A stretch of 53,086 nt of DNA, taken from the IMG/VR virus record IMGVR_UViG_3300030330_004944, positions 1-53,086 of that record, one strand, 5' to 3'. The translations under genes and the position numbers were made by a program. This document shows positions 38,701 to 46,871 of the stretch, piece by piece; position 1 is the first letter of the stretch, and the number at the start of each line of letters is the position of its first letter. The notes below the pieces were generated by a model, which saw only the letters and a list, made by a program, of their open reading frames with translations, made no database searches and was not told the DNA's origin. This DNA comes from a virus (taxonomy: Duplodnaviria; Caudoviricetes).

Positions 38701-39141
38701 GAAAACATTGAAAAATATATTGGAGAGGGGCAATACTCAAAATCAGAAAAGATTAATAATCTCGCCGAGATTACCGGTATTTTTCCAATTGGATTGGTGT
38801 ATGATGATATTACGAAAATGAAATTAGATTCTCGCTTTATTCCCCCTATTTCTGAATTTGACTCAGACCTCGGAGCGTGTTGGGCGATCCCTAGAAATAT
38901 TAACACTAGAAAATCTAAGAGTGGAAAATGGTTTGCCATTATTGACTTAATAGATTCTAACAATGTCATGACAAAACTTAGATATTGGAATATCAATAAT
39001 GATACAATTGAAAAAGAAATACTATTGAATGAAGTTTATGTTATAAAACCAAATTATTCAGATAGCTGGGGATTCTCGGTAAGAGGCCATGTAGATAAAA
39101 GTTGGTGCAGAATGACAACAATAAATACAGAAATAACTTGA
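35707..39141 (+). CDS. dnaE: DNA polymerase III alpha subunit (family C)
   Basis: PHP domain LHAHS..ALTDHG..ADSHY; GPGRGSAAGSL; PDIDYD; HAGG; IKFDILGL; YGFNKSH. Confidence 0.96.
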   Translation: MKQNIKFVGLHAHSGVGSPFDGFGYPQEHMDFCFENGGKALALTDHGNMNGFAYQVLHANKMMKQGKDFKPIFGVEAYFVPCVKEWRKEYEEAKLDKKKAKLLKDEQSGTNVEEEGASKSKGNKVSRVRHLVLLAMNQTGLNNIFKLVSESYSGEYFFRKPRIDYNLLADHSDGVIALSACLGGVYAGCYWENHEDGREAVLECMRDTTKKMVDIFGNRWYGELQWNSVAEQHELNQYVIEMHKEFGIPLVSTADSHYPTPTAWKDRELYKRLGYLGRGKPEWLDMTIPGALEDLEYELYPKNGEQMWQDYKKYSEGYDYDDNLVLRSIEETHTIAMNRVENFVPDTTVRLPSFVVPAGRHEDDYLRDLSLGGLRLMRKLKPEYSSRLNHELKVIADRGFSKYFLTMKAISDKTNEVQLAGPGRGSAAGSLVAYALGITQVDPIQYGLLFSRFLRSDATDYPDIDYDVSDPMVLKDMLIEEWGDDVVVPISNWNTLQLRSLLKDISKFYEIPFNEVNAVTNVMLKEATPLAKQKHGIKAGVYTPTFEETIEFSDTLKNFLNKYPHVSEHVMALYGSYRSCSRHAGGVVVGEDLDKYMPLISSKGVRQTPWSEGQNVRQLEPLGFIKFDILGLSTLRMIEGCIERILKKQGVENPTFKNIKQFYKDNLHPDNIDLNDKSVYENIFHEGKWAGIFQFTEKGAQKFAKKAQPKSIIDIAAITSIYRPGPLSAGVDKQYVSAINDTLSIKYLHPLVEEVTKETYGFLIFQEQIALLAYKLGEGITMDEANLLRKVLTKKGTGKGNEVKEEIKKKFIKGCENKDIPSESAERLWATFEYFSGYGFNKSHAVSYSIISFQCAWLYNYYPTEWMCSFLDREPDTRKEKAINIARSHGFSIGNIDINVSGENWEAVSDVSLVAPLTTIKGLGEKAIEEIVLHRPFNTIDELLFHPDIIYRKLNKRSLTALALGSALDSLVDERFSGDKHFFKACCEDRPKNPKKFKENIEKYIGEGQYSKSEKINNLAEITGIFPIGLVYDDITKMKLDSRFIPPISEFDSDLGACWAIPRNINTRKSKSGKWFAIIDLIDSNNVMTKLRYWNINNDTIEKEILLNEVYVIKPNYSDSWGFSVRGHVDKSWCRMTTINTEIT

Positions 39142-39166
39142 CAACTATACACAAACAGGATATATT
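39138..39166 (+). promoter_or_regulatory. sigma70-like promoter
   Basis: TTGACA-17-TATATT. Confidence 0.75.
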
Positions 39167-39189
39167 ATATAAGACAAAAGGAGGAAATA

Positions 39190-39468
39190 ATGTTAGATAA
39201 AAAAATCTATGATAAAATAATGAAAAAATTCAAAGGAAAAGGAGGAGGTCCGGAGGCTGAATCAATTTTAGTGGATAATAACGAAGAGCGCAAAAGTGGC
39301 TTTATAGAAGTTTATGCTCACGGAAAGAATGCTGCTAAGATTGCTGAAAGATGTTGGCCGGCAATAACCAAAGTTCGCTTTGAAGGAGAGGCGGTGTTCT
39401 ATACAATCAAGAGGACTGCCTTCCGTGGAATACATACAGCATTTAAAGTAGTAAGGGAGGAAAAATAG
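39190..39468 (+). CDS. Hypothetical protein
   Basis: SD GGAGG after promoter 39138. Confidence 0.65.
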   Translation: MLDKKIYDKIMKKFKGKGGGPEAESILVDNNEERKSGFIEVYAHGKNAAKIAERCWPAITKVRFEGEAVFYTIKRTAFRGIHTAFKVVREEK

Positions 39469-39470
39469 TT

Positions 39471-39833
39471 ATGGAAGATTACAAAAGTGTTTACGATATG
39501 TACGTAGAAAATAACAAGGAAACCGGTTTTTGGATTGGTAGAAATTCGTGGAGAAATGTAATAGCAAAAGTTGTAAAAGTTGAAGGTAATTATGTTGAAG
39601 AAAAAGAACAGTTTGGCCAAAGTGAAATCAAAATGTTTGTTAAGTTTTACAACATTGACACTGGTAAAGAGCAAGAAAGCTATTACAAAGGAAACATGAA
39701 AGAAATGACCCCATTAACATGGCCAACAAAACCAGTGTGGCCCCACGCATACCAGTTTTACAGACTAGAAGATTCCGATGTTAAGCAGCATTTTGGATTT
39801 ATTCCCGGAAGTAAGGGAGGAATAAATGACTGA
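39471..39833 (+). CDS. Hypothetical protein
   Basis: SD GGAGG; operon packing. Confidence 0.6.
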   Translation: MEDYKSVYDMYVENNKETGFWIGRNSWRNVIAKVVKVEGNYVEEKEQFGQSEIKMFVKFYNIDTGKEQESYYKGNMKEMTPLTWPTKPVWPHAYQFYRLEDSDVKQHFGFIPGSKGGIND

Positions 39834-40104
39834 ACCAAAAATAGTTCTCGTACAAGATATGCGAGAAACCAAATCAAAAGAGGAGCATATTAGTGATTAT
39901 ATCGAAAGTCTTAAAGCGATTGAAGAGGCGATGGAGCCTTATAAGGAACAGAAAAGGGAACTTAAAAAAGAGTACCTTGAAAAGAAGTGGTTGTCAAAAG
40001 AAGACATCTCTCTCTCGGTGCGAGCGTTGCGCTTGCTCAAAGATGAAGTAGATATAGGAGCTTTAATTGATATGTACGATGCCTTAAAGAGTAAGGAAAA
40101 ATGA
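39826..40104 (+). CDS. GapR/T4 DsbA-like dsDNA-binding protein
   Basis: YIESLKAIEEAMEPYKEQKRELKKEY..LSKEDISLSVRALRL follows the DUF2312/DsbA helical pattern. Confidence 0.45.
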   Translation: MTEPKIVLVQDMRETKSKEEHISDYIESLKAIEEAMEPYKEQKRELKKEYLEKKWLSKEDISLSVRALRLLKDEVDIGALIDMYDALKSKEK

Positions 40105-40376
40105 ACAGAGCACAAAGAAGAAAACTGGGGATCAAGAAAAAACCTAATTTAGATAAAAAGATAGGACTCTTTGATAAGCTACCAGATAAATGCACAAATT
40201 GTGACAAACCTTATGATAAGAAGTCAAAAAAAATGGCGATGACTTGGTCTGTCGTCGTCAGAGAACAAGAAGGAAAAGTAAATTTATATTGCCCTGTTTG
40301 TTGGGATAATGCACAAAAACTCATTAAAGAAATAAAGGAGGAAATAAATGAGAATAAGAATAAAAAAGACACATGA
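40101..40376 (+). CDS. Small Zn-ribbon protein
   Basis: MNRAQRR start; CTNC..CPVC. Confidence 0.6.
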   Translation: MNRAQRRKLGIKKKPNLDKKIGLFDKLPDKCTNCDKPYDKKSKKMAMTWSVVVREQEGKVNLYCPVCWDNAQKLIKEIKEEINENKNKKDT

Positions 40377-40764
40377 AAATGCTGTGATACCTAAATATGC
40401 CCACTTCGGAGACGCAGCAGTTGATCTTGTTGCTGTTAGAAAGTGGGAAGATGATCATGGTAATATATGCTATGGTACCGGATTGGCTATGGAGATTCCT
40501 ACACATCATGTTGGTCTACTCTTCCCTAGGTCTTCCATTAGTAAGACAGATCTCCGCCTTGCCAATGCTGTAGGAGTTATTGACTCCGGATATCGTGGCG
40601 AGATTATACTTAAGTTTGACTTAAAGGGAGGCATCTTATACAAGGTGGGCGATCGAATAGCACAATTAATGCTCGTTCCAATTCCTAGTATTAATTTTGT
40701 GGAAGTTGTCAATCTACCAAGCTCAGATAGAGACACAGGAGGCTTTGGATCTTCTGGCGAATAG
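40348..40764 (+). CDS. dut: Trimeric dUTPase
   Basis: AAVDL, PRSS, GVIDSGYRGEI, GDRIAQL, RDTGGFGSSG. Confidence 0.95.
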   Translation: MRIRIKKTHENAVIPKYAHFGDAAVDLVAVRKWEDDHGNICYGTGLAMEIPTHHVGLLFPRSSISKTDLRLANAVGVIDSGYRGEIILKFDLKGGILYKVGDRIAQLMLVPIPSINFVEVVNLPSSDRDTGGFGSSGE

Positions 40765-40776
40765 ACTACTTATAGC

Positions 40777-41100
40777 ATGGCTGAGAAAAAAGACAAGAAA
40801 ATTATTTTTGATGATTCTTCTCAAAGACACGCAAGATTAAAAATTCGGCTTGAATATGATGGTTTGTCGCAAGCCGAATTTTTTCGTTGCTTTATAACCG
40901 GGTATCTAGAAAAAGATGAAAGAATTATTTCTTACCTACAGTCTTACAAGCTCAAGAAGAAGAGCCAATCTAAAAGAAATATGAAAATAATTAACAAAGA
41001 TAAGGAAAAATCGGAAGATCTTTTATCACAATTTGGTATAAAAGATAAGGAATTAGAAAATATTTTTGATCTAATCGCAAAAGAACATCCAGATTTATGA
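40777..41100 (+). CDS. Hypothetical, possibly ribbon-helix-helix
   Basis: KKIIF..HARLKIRL..GLSQAEFFR; ACTACTTA motif ends 4 nt before ATG. Confidence 0.5.
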   Translation: MAEKKDKKIIFDDSSQRHARLKIRLEYDGLSQAEFFRCFITGYLEKDERIISYLQSYKLKKKSQSKRNMKIINKDKEKSEDLLSQFGIKDKELENIFDLIAKEHPDL

Positions 41101-41154
41101 GTTTTTGTTTTTTACGTTCTATTTACTATGAATAAATTTTAAGGAGAATTTTAA

Positions 41155-41853
41155 ATGGCAAAGAAAAAACTTTTAAGCGAAGCACAAGTCCGCAGATTTA
41201 TGGGTCTTGCTGGTATTCAACCTCTCAACGAGATGGGAAGCTATAATTACAAGCGTGATGATGAAGAAAAAGTTGATGATAAAGAAAAAGTTGATGAAGC
41301 AGGTCTTCATTATAAACAAGAAGATGAAGTTGTTATGGAAGAAGATGATCCCATGGCAGAGGAAGAAGCTGATCTTCCCGATGAAGAGCCAATGGATGAT
41401 ATAGAGCCGATTGATGACTCTGAAGTTTCCATGGAGGAAGAAGATATTGAAGCTATAGGTGATGCCCTTGAGACTCTTAAGAGTAAATTATCTCCCCTAC
41501 TTGGTCAAGCTGGGGCTTCAATGGACATGGAAATGGAAGATGAACCAATGGATGATATGGAAATGGAAGATGAACCAATGGATGACATGGACATGGAAGA
41601 TGAAGATATGGAAGATGAAGATATGGACGCTGAGTTAGCTGAAGTCAATTATCAACTATCTGAGGAAGAAATTGTAAATGAAGTATCTAGACGTGTAGCT
41701 AAAAGAATAGTGGAAGCTAAAAGAGCACAAAAGAAAATGAACGAAGCCTTGGGCCGCAACAGACCCGCCTCCAAACGCCCCAATAAAGCCCCTGCCGCCA
41801 AAAGAACACCCAAGGGGCCAACAAAGAAAACTTCTAGAAGAACAAAAAAATAA
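41155..41853 (+). CDS. Acidic prohead core/scaffold-like protein with basic tail
   Basis: LLSE..RRFMGLAGI..LNE start, D/E/M-rich repeats, K/R/P-rich C-terminus; late motif upstream. Confidence 0.55.
   Translation: MAKKKLLSEAQVRRFMGLAGIQPLNEMGSYNYKRDDEEKVDDKEKVDEAGLHYKQEDEVVMEEDDPMAEEEADLPDEEPMDDIEPIDDSEVSMEEEDIEAIGDALETLKSKLSPLLGQAGASMDMEMEDEPMDDMEMEDEPMDDMDMEDEDMEDEDMDAELAEVNYQLSEEEIVNEVSRRVAKRIVEAKRAQKKMNEALGRNRPASKRPNKAPAAKRTPKGPTKKTSRRTKK
41521..41628 (+). repeat. 30-bp and 15-bp coding tandem repeats (MDDMEMEDEP, DMEDE)
   Basis: ATGGAAATGGAAGATGAACCAATGGATGA twice; ATGGAAGATGAAGAT twice. Confidence 0.8.
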
Positions 41854-41860
41854 AAAACAT

Positions 41861-41889
41861 TTGACACAATATAATATATGTGTTATATT
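41861..41889 (+). promoter_or_regulatory. sigma70-like promoter of clpP-endolysin-groEL
   Basis: TTGACA-17-TATATT, TG. Confidence 0.8.
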
Positions 41890-41892
41890 AAT

Positions 41893-41922
41893 AAGGACGG
41901 TGGAGGTTTTCCCGTCCTTTTT
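41893..41922 (+). promoter_or_regulatory. Leader hairpin plus T run between promoter and clpP
   Basis: AAGGACGG-TGGAGGTTTTC-CCGTCCTT-TTT. Confidence 0.55.
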
Positions 41923-41938
41923 ATATTATGGAGAAACT

Positions 41939-42649
41939 GTGAAGAAAATACTAAAGAGAATTATAAAATTAACAAAAGGTTGTGAAGAAGACACCAAGGA
42001 AGAGCCGAAAGAGCAGCCCAAGGAAACATCAAAAGAAGAGGTAAAAAGCAAAGACAAGAAAGAAGATTTAATGAGTATGTTGATGGGCAACCCCTCTGAA
42101 CAACCAGAGTCCAGAATTTTAATGCTACATTCTGAGTTAAGCGAAGAGAAAGCTATGGAAATAATATCAACTTTTATAGCCCTTACACAATTGATAAAAC
42201 CAAAAGAAGATTTAAAAGAAGGTGAATTGCCATATGATCCAATTAAGTTTTATATTTCAACCTACGGAGGATCCGCAGATGAAATGTTTGGAATATATGA
42301 TATGATGTCATCAATTAAGGAAAAATGCGTTATTGAAACAATAGGTATAGGAAAAGTAATGTCTGCTGGTACCTTACTTCTGGCTGCTGGTACAAAAGGC
42401 CACAGAAAGATAGCTAAGAATTGTCGTGTTATGCTTCACCAAGTTAGTGCTGCTGCTGTTGGTCCGCTGTTCAACATGACGACAGAACTTGAAGCAATAC
42501 AAAAGATGCAAGAACAATATATCAACATCATGGTTTCTTGTACTTCGTTTTCAAAAAGAAAACTTAAATCTCTTCTTAATGAAAGAGTCAATGTATACCT
42601 CACAGCAGAAGAAGCTGTAGAATATGGATTAGCTGACGAGATAGTGTAA
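41939..42649 (+). CDS. clpP: ClpP-like serine protease
   Basis: YISTYGGS, GKVMSAG (Ser), RVMLHQ (His), YLTAEEAVEYGLADEI; GTG start with SD GGAG. Confidence 0.85.
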   Translation: MKKILKRIIKLTKGCEEDTKEEPKEQPKETSKEEVKSKDKKEDLMSMLMGNPSEQPESRILMLHSELSEEKAMEIISTFIALTQLIKPKEDLKEGELPYDPIKFYISTYGGSADEMFGIYDMMSSIKEKCVIETIGIGKVMSAGTLLLAAGTKGHRKIAKNCRVMLHQVSAAAVGPLFNMTTELEAIQKMQEQYINIMVSCTSFSKRKLKSLLNERVNVYLTAEEAVEYGLADEIV

Positions 42650-43545
42650 TGGAAGATAAAATATTTTATAATGAATCTTCATCTCAAAGTCTCGGCTGGT
42701 CTCCGGATTGGCTAGGGGCTTCTGACTTTGATGGAGAATTAATAAAGAGAATTGTTGCTTTTCAAAAGAAACACGGACTTAAAGCGGATGGTCTTCTTGG
42801 CCCCGGAACATACCGAAGATTATGGACCGAGAGAGAAGCAGAGATTGAAACTTACGTACCCGTAGAGATCAAATCTAATAGTGAAAACTTCTTGATATAT
42901 AACAATAATTATGTACCGATTGAGTGGGACAGGGTTGTCCTACCATTCAACCGTGGAGGTCTAAAACATACCAATGGTTACAAGAAAATGATAGAGAAAA
43001 GGGACATCTCAATGTTTGTCACTCACTGGGATGTATGTCTTAATGCGAAGTCATGCTTCAAGGTTCTTAATAACACCAAAAGGAAGGCTTCAATACATTT
43101 TGCTATTGATAACGACGGAACAATTTATCAGTTTCTGGACATGAACCATGTAGCATGGCATGCTTCAAAGAGAGCAGTTAATGATAAATCCGTTGGTGTT
43201 GAGATTTCGAATGCCTATTATCCTAAGTATCAATCTTGGTATAAAAGAAATGGCTTTGGAGAAAGACCACTGATTACGGACGCGAAAGTCCATGGCAAAC
43301 CAATGGAAGAGTTTCTAGGCTTTTACCCTGTGCAGATTGATGCTCTAAAGGCTTTATATAAAGCAACTCATAAGGCTTGTGGCATACCATACGAAACTCC
43401 GGACACTGATACGGTTGATCGTAAGGTTGCTAGAGGAACATACAAGGGATATGTTCATCATTATAATGTGGTCAAGAACAAGATAGATTGTGCTGGCCTT
43501 GATATTAAAAATATTTTAAACGAATTGAAAACTATGGAGGATTAA
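42649..43545 (+). CDS. Endolysin: PG-binding domain plus Amidase_2 N-acetylmuramoyl-L-alanine amidase
   Basis: FQKKHGLKADGLLGPGT; VTHW, SIHFAID, AWHA, SVGVEI, HH..KIDC. Confidence 0.88.
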   Translation: MEDKIFYNESSSQSLGWSPDWLGASDFDGELIKRIVAFQKKHGLKADGLLGPGTYRRLWTEREAEIETYVPVEIKSNSENFLIYNNNYVPIEWDRVVLPFNRGGLKHTNGYKKMIEKRDISMFVTHWDVCLNAKSCFKVLNNTKRKASIHFAIDNDGTIYQFLDMNHVAWHASKRAVNDKSVGVEISNAYYPKYQSWYKRNGFGERPLITDAKVHGKPMEEFLGFYPVQIDALKALYKATHKACGIPYETPDTDTVDRKVARGTYKGYVHHYNVVKNKIDCAGLDIKNILNELKTMED

Positions 43546-45119
43546 TGAAAAAATATTATGACAATGGAAGATCTTTAAGTGAGAAAATCTTCAAAGGAAT
43601 GAACACACTGGCAGATAATGTTGGTACAACACTAGGGCCGAAAGGTAGAAATGTTATACTGTACGACAAAAAGCAAAACATACCAGTTATAACCAAAGAT
43701 GGTGTCACTGTGGCTAAATTTATAGAGCTTGATGACCCCTTTGAGAATGTTGGAGTACAAATATTAAAACAAGCTGCTGAACAATCAGCGACAACAGCCG
43801 GAGACGGAACAACCACTGCTACCATTTTAACAAGAGGTATATTAAGATTAGCACAGAAGCACTTGGCTGCTGGCGCTTCCCCTGTTGAATTAAAGAGAGG
43901 CATGGATAAGGCTTGTGGAAGAATCTCATGGACACTCCAACAAAACTCTAGACCAATACAAACACAGGAAGACATTAAACACATTGCAACCATATCAGCT
44001 AATAATGATAAAGCCATTGGCACTTTAATAGCATCTGCCGTAGATTCTGCTGGTAAAGATGGCTCAGTTCTTGTCGAAGAAGCTCGCTCTGTTAATACCT
44101 CATTAGATTTAATAGAAGGATTCCGTTTTGATAGTGGTTATTTATCCTCGACTTTTATCAATAATGAAAGGAATGGTACCGTACACTATGATAACCCCTT
44201 GCTACTTGTTACAGATGAAAAAATTGAAGTTATTGAGCAAATTTTACCTACTCTAGAGCTAGCTGCGAGAGAAGGTAGACCCTTGATAATAGTTGCTAAT
44301 GACATGGAAGGTCAAGCCTTGGCTGCTGTAATAGCAAACGCTGTTCGAGGCACAATGAAGATCGCTGCTGTCAAGGCTCCAAGATACGGAGAAGAACGTA
44401 GAAATATTCTCAAGGATCTCTGTGCCTCTGTTGGTGCTACTTTTATCACTAGAGAGAACGGACTACAAATTAAAGCTGTACAACTAAAACACTTTGGGAA
44501 CTGTAAGTCGATAACAGTATCAAAAATTGGTACAACTATAGTTGGAGGAAAAGGAAATGAGGAAGAGATTGAAACGAGGATTGAAGGAATCAAAGCGCTT
44601 ATTCAAGAAGAAAATAACCTCAAGGCATGTGAACGATTGCAAGAGAGAATTACTCGACTTGCTTCCGGGGTTGCTGTTATTAGGGTGGGCGCTGCAACAG
44701 AAGTTGAAATGACCGAGAAAAAACACCGCATTGATGACGCTCTAGAAGCCGTGAGATCAGCACAAGAAGAAGGCATAGTTACTGGTGGTGGTGTTGCTTT
44801 AATAAGAGCGGTTGATGACATAGTTGTGGACACTGATAATGAAGATCAAGCCATTGGTGTATCAATTGTTGTCGAAGCTGTGCATGAACCTTTAAGGCAA
44901 ATGGCAATTAATGCCGGAATGTCTCCGGATATAGTGGCTGATCAAATAAAAAAATTGACAGAATCTAATTACGGCATGAATTTCATGACAGGCGAAATAG
45001 AAGATTTGGTATCTTCTGGAGTTATAGATCCTGTCAAGGTCACCAGATGTGCTTTGGAAAACGCTGTATCAGTTGCCTCAACCATTATAACAACTAGCCA
45101 CGCTGTTATAAGGCAATAA
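43545..45119 (+). CDS. groEL: Chaperonin GroEL
   Basis: TLGPKGRNV, TKDGVTVA, GDGTTT, ERITRLASGVAVI, GGGVAL, IDPVKV; no GGM tail. Confidence 0.96.
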   Translation: MKKYYDNGRSLSEKIFKGMNTLADNVGTTLGPKGRNVILYDKKQNIPVITKDGVTVAKFIELDDPFENVGVQILKQAAEQSATTAGDGTTTATILTRGILRLAQKHLAAGASPVELKRGMDKACGRISWTLQQNSRPIQTQEDIKHIATISANNDKAIGTLIASAVDSAGKDGSVLVEEARSVNTSLDLIEGFRFDSGYLSSTFINNERNGTVHYDNPLLLVTDEKIEVIEQILPTLELAAREGRPLIIVANDMEGQALAAVIANAVRGTMKIAAVKAPRYGEERRNILKDLCASVGATFITRENGLQIKAVQLKHFGNCKSITVSKIGTTIVGGKGNEEEIETRIEGIKALIQEENNLKACERLQERITRLASGVAVIRVGAATEVEMTEKKHRIDDALEAVRSAQEEGIVTGGGVALIRAVDDIVVDTDNEDQAIGVSIVVEAVHEPLRQMAINAGMSPDIVADQIKKLTESNYGMNFMTGEIEDLVSSGVIDPVKVTRCALENAVSVASTIITTSHAVIRQ

Positions 45120-45148
45120 TACTATTTACGAATGTGAGGTAACGTTTT

Positions 45149-45415
45149 ATGAGTAATCAAGATTTAACACATCTGATACAAGCCATCATGGAAATGAAAG
45201 GCTCTGTTGAAAGAATGTCTGAAAGACAAGAGGAAATGGTTGATGATGTTAAGAAAATTAAAGAAGCAGTGTACAATCCGGATTCTGGTTTGTATGCTCG
45301 CTTAAGGGCTTTAGAGCAATGGAAGGAATCACAGGCCAAAATACAATGGATGGTGATAGCTACTTTGGTAGGATTAGTCACCACCACAGTTTATAAATTA
45401 ATTATGTCAATATAA
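45149..45415 (+). CDS. Holin/XhlA-like membrane protein
   Basis: Coiled coil plus single C-terminal TM (WMVIATLVGLVTT); late motif upstream; near the endolysin. Confidence 0.45.
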   Translation: MSNQDLTHLIQAIMEMKGSVERMSERQEEMVDDVKKIKEAVYNPDSGLYARLRALEQWKESQAKIQWMVIATLVGLVTTTVYKLIMSI

Positions 45416-45418
45416 TAC

Positions 45419-45447
45419 TTGACAAATATAATATAATATGTTATATT
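45419..45447 (+). promoter_or_regulatory. sigma70-like promoter
   Basis: TTGACA-17-TATATT, TG. Confidence 0.8.
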
Positions 45448-45468
45448 ATATAAGTACACGGAGGTTAT

Positions 45469-45777
45469 ATGAGAGTACGAATAAGTTATTCTGTGGATTT
45501 AGAAGAAGTCCCGGAAAAATCTACTGCTTTATTGCAAGAGGCGGTGGAAGAATTAGAGTTTGCTAATAATTTGATCAATGATCTTAAATATAAAATTGAA
45601 AACAAACTTGCCAACAAAGAGAGGATATCTTCTGAAATGGATGAAATAAGAAAAACTTTGGGCAAAGTTGATAGTAAAATTGTCGATACAAATATGATAA
45701 TGACTGGTTTTTACGATGCTATGGCACACATTGATTCTGAGCCGAATAGAGAAAAGGAGCAGATTAATGTTGACTAG
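45469..45777 (+). CDS. Hypothetical coiled-coil protein
   Basis: SD GGAGG after promoter 45419. Confidence 0.65.
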   Translation: MRVRISYSVDLEEVPEKSTALLQEAVEELEFANNLINDLKYKIENKLANKERISSEMDEIRKTLGKVDSKIVDTNMIMTGFYDAMAHIDSEPNREKEQINVD

Positions 45778-45994
45778 AGGAGATTTGATCAGAATACCAG
45801 CAGATACATGTATTGTTAAGAGCGATCTAGAAGAGCTAAGTATTATTGAGAAATATGAATACACCAAAAAACCAAAAATTGGCATATTCATTTCCTATAT
45901 AAAATATGAAGATGTAAAAATATTTCTAGGAAATGAATATTGGATTGTAAATATTAAAGATATAAATTATGTAAGGGGGCAAAATGTTAGTTAA
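45767..45994 (+). CDS. Small SH3/KOW-like protein
   Basis: MLTRGDLIRIP..IGIFI; SD AGGAG. Confidence 0.55.
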   Translation: MLTRGDLIRIPADTCIVKSDLEELSIIEKYEYTKKPKIGIFISYIKYEDVKIFLGNEYWIVNIKDINYVRGQNVS

Positions 45995-46274
45995 GTTGAT
46001 AAAAATTATGAAATCTGGAAGAGACTATAGTCTGAAGCAGATTTTTGTAAACCCATCACAAATTCTTTATATCCAAGAAGATGAAAGATTTATAAGTGAC
46101 TTAAGAGAAGGAGCAATTTCATTAGATATTCATCAATCAACCGGTTTTTCAAAAATAAGATTGGATTCAAACGGTATATACGAAGAACTAACTGTTGTTG
46201 GAGATCCGGAGATCATACAAAGAAAGATTGAGAATGTAATATTTTCTACTAGAAAGCAACTTTTGAGGGACTGA
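45984..46274 (+). CDS. FlbD/SwrD-like small protein
   Basis: MLVKL..IFVNPSQILYIQE..SKIRL..LTVVGDPEII pattern. Confidence 0.4.
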   Translation: MLVKLIKIMKSGRDYSLKQIFVNPSQILYIQEDERFISDLREGAISLDIHQSTGFSKIRLDSNGIYEELTVVGDPEIIQRKIENVIFSTRKQLLRD

Positions 46275-46546
46275 TGGAGAAGTACTTAATATACGCCAAA
46301 GAATCATGCCCTTTTTGTGATAAGCTATTAAGATATATGAAAGAGAATGATCAAAAATTTATTTATGTATTGAATTATGGATTAGATGCTGAGTTGCATG
46401 TGGTAATGGAAAAATATAATTGGAGAACAGTGCCAATTGTAGTCGAAATAAAAGAGAATGAAGAACGTTTAATTGGAGGTTGTGATGATACTATCGAGTA
46501 CTTCAGAAGAAGAAGAACTGGAAAAGATCCTATATCAACTGGCTGA
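46274..46546 (+). CDS. Glutaredoxin
   Basis: CPFC, TVP, LIGGCDD. Confidence 0.88.
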   Translation: MEKYLIYAKESCPFCDKLLRYMKENDQKFIYVLNYGLDAELHVVMEKYNWRTVPIVVEIKENEERLIGGCDDTIEYFRRRRTGKDPISTG

Positions 46547-46871
46547 AACAATTGAGAGTGATTTATATTGCTTTGTGTATTTGGAGAGTAATGATTGTTG
46601 TTTTATCCCCTATGCTTTTCACGAAGATATAGTTGGCGAAATAAATATAAATGGATCACTATCTAATTTTGATAGACTGGTGGCTTTAACGCATGAGGTT
46701 GGACATGTCTTGGACGACAGTACGTCAAGCAACCCAGTTCAGTTAGAACTAAACGCTTGGCATTTGGGCTATAAATACATGATAATGGAGTCTATAATTA
46801 TTAATAGCGAAGAGTATTTTGATCAGATGTATAAATGCTTGTCGCAGTATATAGAAAAGGAGAGAATATGA
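46485..46871 (+). CDS. ImmA/IrrE-like HExxH metallopeptidase
   Basis: ININ..LVALTHEVGH..ELNAW; SD GGAGG. Confidence 0.55.
   Translation: MILSSTSEEEELEKILYQLAETIESDLYCFVYLESNDCCFIPYAFHEDIVGEININGSLSNFDRLVALTHEVGHVLDDSTSSNPVQLELNAWHLGYKYMIMESIIINSEEYFDQMYKCLSQYIEKERI

Noticed and set aside
35707-39141. Inteins or introns in dnaE, nrdJ, helicase or recA
   Set aside because: Lengths are normal, motifs are contiguous, and no intein splice-junction motifs or frame breaks were seen
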